NCBI GenBank assembly: GCA_003166335.1
Contig: PMWA01000059.1
Location: 11,901-23,522, forward strand
Direction of reading: 5' to 3'
Length of the DNA stretch: 11,622 nucleotides
Source: Methanobacterium sp.
Lineage (GTDB): Archaea > Methanobacteriota > Methanobacteria > Methanobacteriales > Methanobacteriaceae
Shown here: positions 8,091 through 11,622 of the stretch, in pieces
Numbering within the stretch: position 1 is the first letter of the stretch
Layout: the number at the start of each line of letters is the position of its first letter
Translations under genes and position numbers: made by a program
The notes under the pieces: generated by a model
Seen by the model: the letters and a program-made list of their open reading frames with translations, nothing else
Told to the model about the DNA's origin: nothing
Database searches by the model: none

Positions 8091-8155
8091 TCCTAAATCT
8101 ATATTGGTAAATGTACTTTTTTAAATCAATAGTTATAATCAGGGGAATTTTTTTT

Positions 8156-9184
8156 ATGGTAACCTACAAAGAATCAGGAGTAGACATCAATTTAGAAGAA
8201 GTTACAATCTCTGCTTTAACCTCAAAATTAAGAAAAACTCTGGAGTATAGGGATATTATAACTGAATCCGGGCATTTCGCTGGCTTGGTACGTCTAGGGG
8301 ATAAAGCCATTGCAATGAGCACTGACGGTGTGGGTAGTAAGATTCTGGTAGCGGAACTCATGGATAAGTATGATACTGTAGGCATTGACTGTGTGGCTAT
8401 GGTTGTAAATGATCTTCTATGCGTGGGGGCTGAACCATTTGCTATGGTAGATTATCTAGCTGTAGATAAGCCAAATCCGAAATTAGCAGAGCAAATTGGT
8501 AAAGGATTAGTTGAAGGTGCAATTGAGGCTAGGGTAGCTATGATTGGTGGTGAAACTGCTTCACTTCCTGAAATTGTAAAAAATTTTGACCTCGCAGGAA
8601 CTGGAATCGGAATTGTAAACTTAGATAGCATAATAACTGGTGAAAAGATTAGAGAAGGCGATGTTCTCATTGGAATAGCAAGCAATGGAATTCATAGTAA
8701 TGGATTAAGTCTGGCCCGTAGAGTTTTTTTTGATAGATCGGATTTAAAAGTGGAGGATCCTTTGCCTGGGTATCCAGAAATTATAGTAGGGGAGGAATTG
8801 CTTAAACCTACATATATATATGTTAAACCAGTGATGGAACTTTTAAATAGCAAAATAGATGTGCATGGCATAGCCCATATTACTGGTGGAGGATTCAACA
8901 ACCTCAAAAGACTTAAGAAAGATGTTTGTTACCATATAAATAATTTACCTCAACCAAATCCTATATTCCAATCCCTATATTCATTAGGTGTACCTATTGA
9001 AGAAATGTACCGGGTGTTTAATATGGGGGTGGGTATGGTGGTAATAGTACCTGAAGAAGATAATGCAGCTACTATAAAGATCATAGAAAAATATAATCAA
9101 GTTTATCAAATAGGAAAAGTCTATAGTAACCTTAAGAATATGATAAAAATAAAAACTTTCCAAAACGATTTCATCGAAATTTAA
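8156..9184 (+). CDS. purM: Phosphoribosylformylglycinamidine cyclo-ligase (AIR synthetase)
   Basis: [10 protein letters not shown] start, [40 protein letters not shown] and [11 protein letters not shown]. Start moved from 8111 to the ATG at 8156 on RBS and N-terminal motif (342 aa). Confidence 0.97.
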   Translation: MVTYKESGVDINLEEVTISALTSKLRKTLEYRDIITESGHFAGLVRLGDKAIAMSTDGVGSKILVAELMDKYDTVGIDCVAMVVNDLLCVGAEPFAMVDYLAVDKPNPKLAEQIGKGLVEGAIEARVAMIGGETASLPEIVKNFDLAGTGIGIVNLDSIITGEKIREGDVLIGIASNGIHSNGLSLARRVFFDRSDLKVEDPLPGYPEIIVGEELLKPTYIYVKPVMELLNSKIDVHGIAHITGGGFNNLKRLKKDVCYHINNLPQPNPIFQSLYSLGVPIEEMYRVFNMGVGMVVIVPEEDNAATIKIIEKYNQVYQIGKVYSNLKNMIKIKTFQNDFIEI

Positions 9185-9227
9185 TTTGAACTGCTAGTTT
9201 TGTTTGAAGATTTATAGGTGCATTTAC

Positions 9228-10253
9228 ATGAAAATAACACTTCAAGAAGAAAGATCAATAATAATAGAAATACTGACCAGAATGGAAGTGACGTTGGAAG
9301 ATGCCGAAATAGTGGCTGATGTAACTTTAGACGCTGATCTTAAAGGTTTTTCATCCCATGGTATAGGGAGATTTCCACAGTACGTTAAGGGTTTGAAGTA
9401 CGGGACCATAAAGCTTAAATCAGTGATAGAAATTGAAAATGAAACAATTTCCACTGCACTTTTAAATGGTAATCATAAATTCGGTCATGTGGTAACCTAT
9501 CATGGCATGGAGATGGCCATGGAAAAAGCTAGGGAAACCGGCGTCGGAGTAGTGGGAATTCATGACTCCAATCATTTCGGTGTCGCTGGCTACTACTCAG
9601 ATATGGCCATGATGCAAGATTTGATTGGTCTAGTGATAGCTAACACTGAGCCTGCCATGGCACCTATAGGTGGTAAAGAAGCCATAATAGGGACTAATCC
9701 TATAGCTATAGGTATACCTTCAAATAAAAACTATGTAGCAGTGGATATGGCTACTTCTACCTCTGCTCGTGGTAAGCTCCTTGAAGCTCTGCGTAAAGGT
9801 GAAATGATACCAGAAAATGTTGCATTGGATGCTGAAGGAAACCCTACCATTGACCCAGAGGCTGCCCTTAAAGGATCAATATTACCATTTGGTGCGCATA
9901 AAGGCTATGCACTTGCATTCATGATTGAATTACTAGCTGGGCCACTGGTGAAAGCTGCATTTGGTAAACAAGTTAAGGGAACCGCCAACCCTGAAGAAAT
10001 GTGCACCAAGGGAGACCTCTTAATAGCCATTAATCCCTCAATGTTTGGTGACCTTGAACATTTTAAGGAAGAGGTGGATGAATTCGTTGCTGAGGTAAAG
10101 AATTCTGGAAATGTTTTCATACCTGGTGATATGGAAGTGCGTAACTTTAAAAAATATATGGCTGAGGGGATTAATATTGATGAAAAACTCTCAGCACAGC
10201 TTAAGGCAATAGCTGAGGATTTATCATTAGATTATGATGAATTAATTAATTAA
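9228..10253 (+). CDS. comC: (2R)-3-sulfolactate dehydrogenase ComC (LDH2/MDH2 family)
   Basis: [40 protein letters not shown] and IPGD motifs. ATG at 9228 with AGGTG RBS at 9216-9220. Adjacent to comDE. Confidence 0.92.
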   Translation: MKITLQEERSIIIEILTRMEVTLEDAEIVADVTLDADLKGFSSHGIGRFPQYVKGLKYGTIKLKSVIEIENETISTALLNGNHKFGHVVTYHGMEMAMEKARETGVGVVGIHDSNHFGVAGYYSDMAMMQDLIGLVIANTEPAMAPIGGKEAIIGTNPIAIGIPSNKNYVAVDMATSTSARGKLLEALRKGEMIPENVALDAEGNPTIDPEAALKGSILPFGAHKGYALAFMIELLAGPLVKAAFGKQVKGTANPEEMCTKGDLLIAINPSMFGDLEHFKEEVDEFVAEVKNSGNVFIPGDMEVRNFKKYMAEGINIDEKLSAQLKAIAEDLSLDYDELIN

Positions 10254-10323
10254 AAATTTTCTATAAATTCTTATAAATTTTTAATATAATTTAAGAGGAA
10301 ATTGTATTTAATCGTGATTAAGA

Positions 10324-10818
10324 ATGAAAGATAGCAGTCAAACTATTTATCAAGCACTGAAAAATGCTGGAATTAACTTCGTGGTTAGTTTACCTTGTGT
10401 GAATCTTGGAAAACTCATGGAGATGGTAGAGTGCGACATTGATGTTATCCATGTTCCCGTTAATAGAGAAGAAGAAGGATTTGGCATTTGCGCGGGAGCT
10501 TATTTGGGAGGTAAGAAAACTGCTATTTTAATGCAGAATTCAGGTTTGGGGAACTCAGTTAATGTGTTAGCATCACTTTATAAACTCTACAAAATACCCA
10601 TTATAATGATCATTAGCCATAGGGGTACTGAGGGTGAATTTATGAACGCTCAAGTACCAATGGGAGAAGCTACTACAGGTGTTCTGGATGCCCTGGAAAT
10701 TACATACTTCAACCCTAAAACCCCAGAGGATGCATTAAAACTTATATCTAAAGCTGTGACTCATGCCGATATGGAAAGTGTTCCAGTGGGAATACTTTTA
10801 GAAATTTCATTTTGGTAG
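10324..10818 (+). CDS. comD: Sulfopyruvate decarboxylase subunit alpha
   Basis: 164 aa with [31 protein letters not shown] and SHRG...AQVPMG. Confidence 0.95.
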   Translation: MKDSSQTIYQALKNAGINFVVSLPCVNLGKLMEMVECDIDVIHVPVNREEEGFGICAGAYLGGKKTAILMQNSGLGNSVNVLASLYKLYKIPIIMIISHRGTEGEFMNAQVPMGEATTGVLDALEITYFNPKTPEDALKLISKAVTHADMESVPVGILLEISFW

Positions 10819-10918
10819 TAAAATGAAAAATTGAAAATATTTTTTTATTAATAATATCAAAAATGTATTCTCACATACTAACGCCTAATAATATTCCAAA
10901 AAAAGAGAATTGAAAAAA

Positions 10919-11464
10919 ATGGAAAGAATAGAAGCAATACAAAAAATTACCGAACAACTTAACGATGAATTAATAATATGCAATATTGGATTCCCGTCAC
11001 GGGAATTATATGCTGTTAAAGATTCACCTAATAATTTTTATATGTTAGGATCTATGGGTATGGCCTCGTCTATTGGTTTAGGATTAGCTCTGGCTCAGAA
11101 GAGGAGGGTGGTGGTTTTGGATGGTGATGGATCTTTACTGATGAATCTGGGGAGTTTAGTCACTATTTTCAATCAGAAACCAAATAATCTTATTTTAGTG
11201 ATTTTGGATAATGGATGTTATGGCTCCACCGGTTCTCAGTGTAGTTATGCTAGTACAGTGAATCTTTCACGTGTAGCTGAAGCCGTGGGATTTAAAAATC
11301 TTTTTTTATTCTGGAATGAAATAGATTTCAGTGAGATTTTAAATATAAATGAGTCGATTTTCGTGCATGTAAAAGTTGAAAAAGGAAATGCAGATGTTCC
11401 TGTGATTGATATAGAACCGGAGGATATTAAAAGTAGATTTATAGAAGAGGTTATAGGAAGATAA
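10919..11464 (+). CDS. comE: Sulfopyruvate decarboxylase subunit beta (TPP-binding)
   Basis: [18 protein letters not shown] and TPP motif GDGSLLMN...DNGCYGSTG. The start is probably the ATG at 10919; TTG at 10910 is the alternative. Confidence 0.95.
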   Translation: MERIEAIQKITEQLNDELIICNIGFPSRELYAVKDSPNNFYMLGSMGMASSIGLGLALAQKRRVVVLDGDGSLLMNLGSLVTIFNQKPNNLILVILDNGCYGSTGSQCSYASTVNLSRVAEAVGFKNLFLFWNEIDFSEILNINESIFVHVKVEKGNADVPVIDIEPEDIKSRFIEEVIGR

Positions 11465-11527
11465 ATATATTATGCTTAAACTCTGTTTAATAGTAAAAAT
11501 AATAGTCTTTCATGAAGATTTGTAAAT

Positions 11528-11622
11528 TTAACTTCTTCTCCGCTCAAATTCTTTAAAAAGTTCATCTAATTCTACACCTTTATAAACTAGGAGAAGCATT
11601 GTGTGGAATATTAGGTCAGTTG
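11528..11622 (-). CDS. hisE: 3' end of phosphoribosyl-ATP pyrophosphohydrolase
   Basis: Manual translation gives ...[30 protein letters not shown] (stop at 11530-11528), matching the HisE C-terminal DLxxH...ExxRR pattern. Confidence 0.85.
   Translation of the reverse strand, partial: TDLIFHTMLLLVYKGVELDELFKEFERRRS

Noticed and set aside
257..10120. Other short ORFs in the track that lie antisense to mptA, taw2, nuoE, purP, fttA, purM and comC
   Set aside because: They lie opposite well-supported genes and have no recognisable motifs.
3539..11464. purP-psmB-aCPSF1-purM-comCDE cluster as a novel system
   Set aside because: To my recall this gene order is a conserved Methanobacteriales housekeeping arrangement, and all genes have known functions. 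comA/comB being outside the window is not unusual.
1..11622. CRISPR array, tRNA/rRNA, IS element, intein or selenocysteine recoding
   Set aside because: No regularly spaced repeats, no GC-rich structured RNA island and no transposase motifs. Protein lengths are normal and no intact gene has an in-frame TGA.

Overview
AT-rich archaeal window, most likely from a Methanobacteriales (Methanobacterium-like) methanogen; this is inferred from gene content and protein sequence. It is mostly housekeeping. Minus strand, left part: the 5' end of a probable DUF2120-like gene, mptA (GTP cyclohydrolase IV), a nitroreductase pseudogene with three frameshifts that the ORF track misses, and taw2. Plus strand: a lone NuoE/HydC-type [2Fe-2S] protein, purP, psmB, aCPSF1/fttA, a short decayed HEAT-repeat-like remnant, purM and comC-comD-comE (coenzyme M biosynthesis). 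The 3' end of hisE converges at the right edge. I see no CRISPR array, tRNA/rRNA or mobile element, and I cannot support a large new system. The best leads are a hairpin plus U-tract element just upstream of the aCPSF1 termination-factor gene (possible autoregulation), the orphan NuoE-like gene in front of purP, the two eroded genes, and a His at the usually Asp51 position of the proteasome beta subunit.
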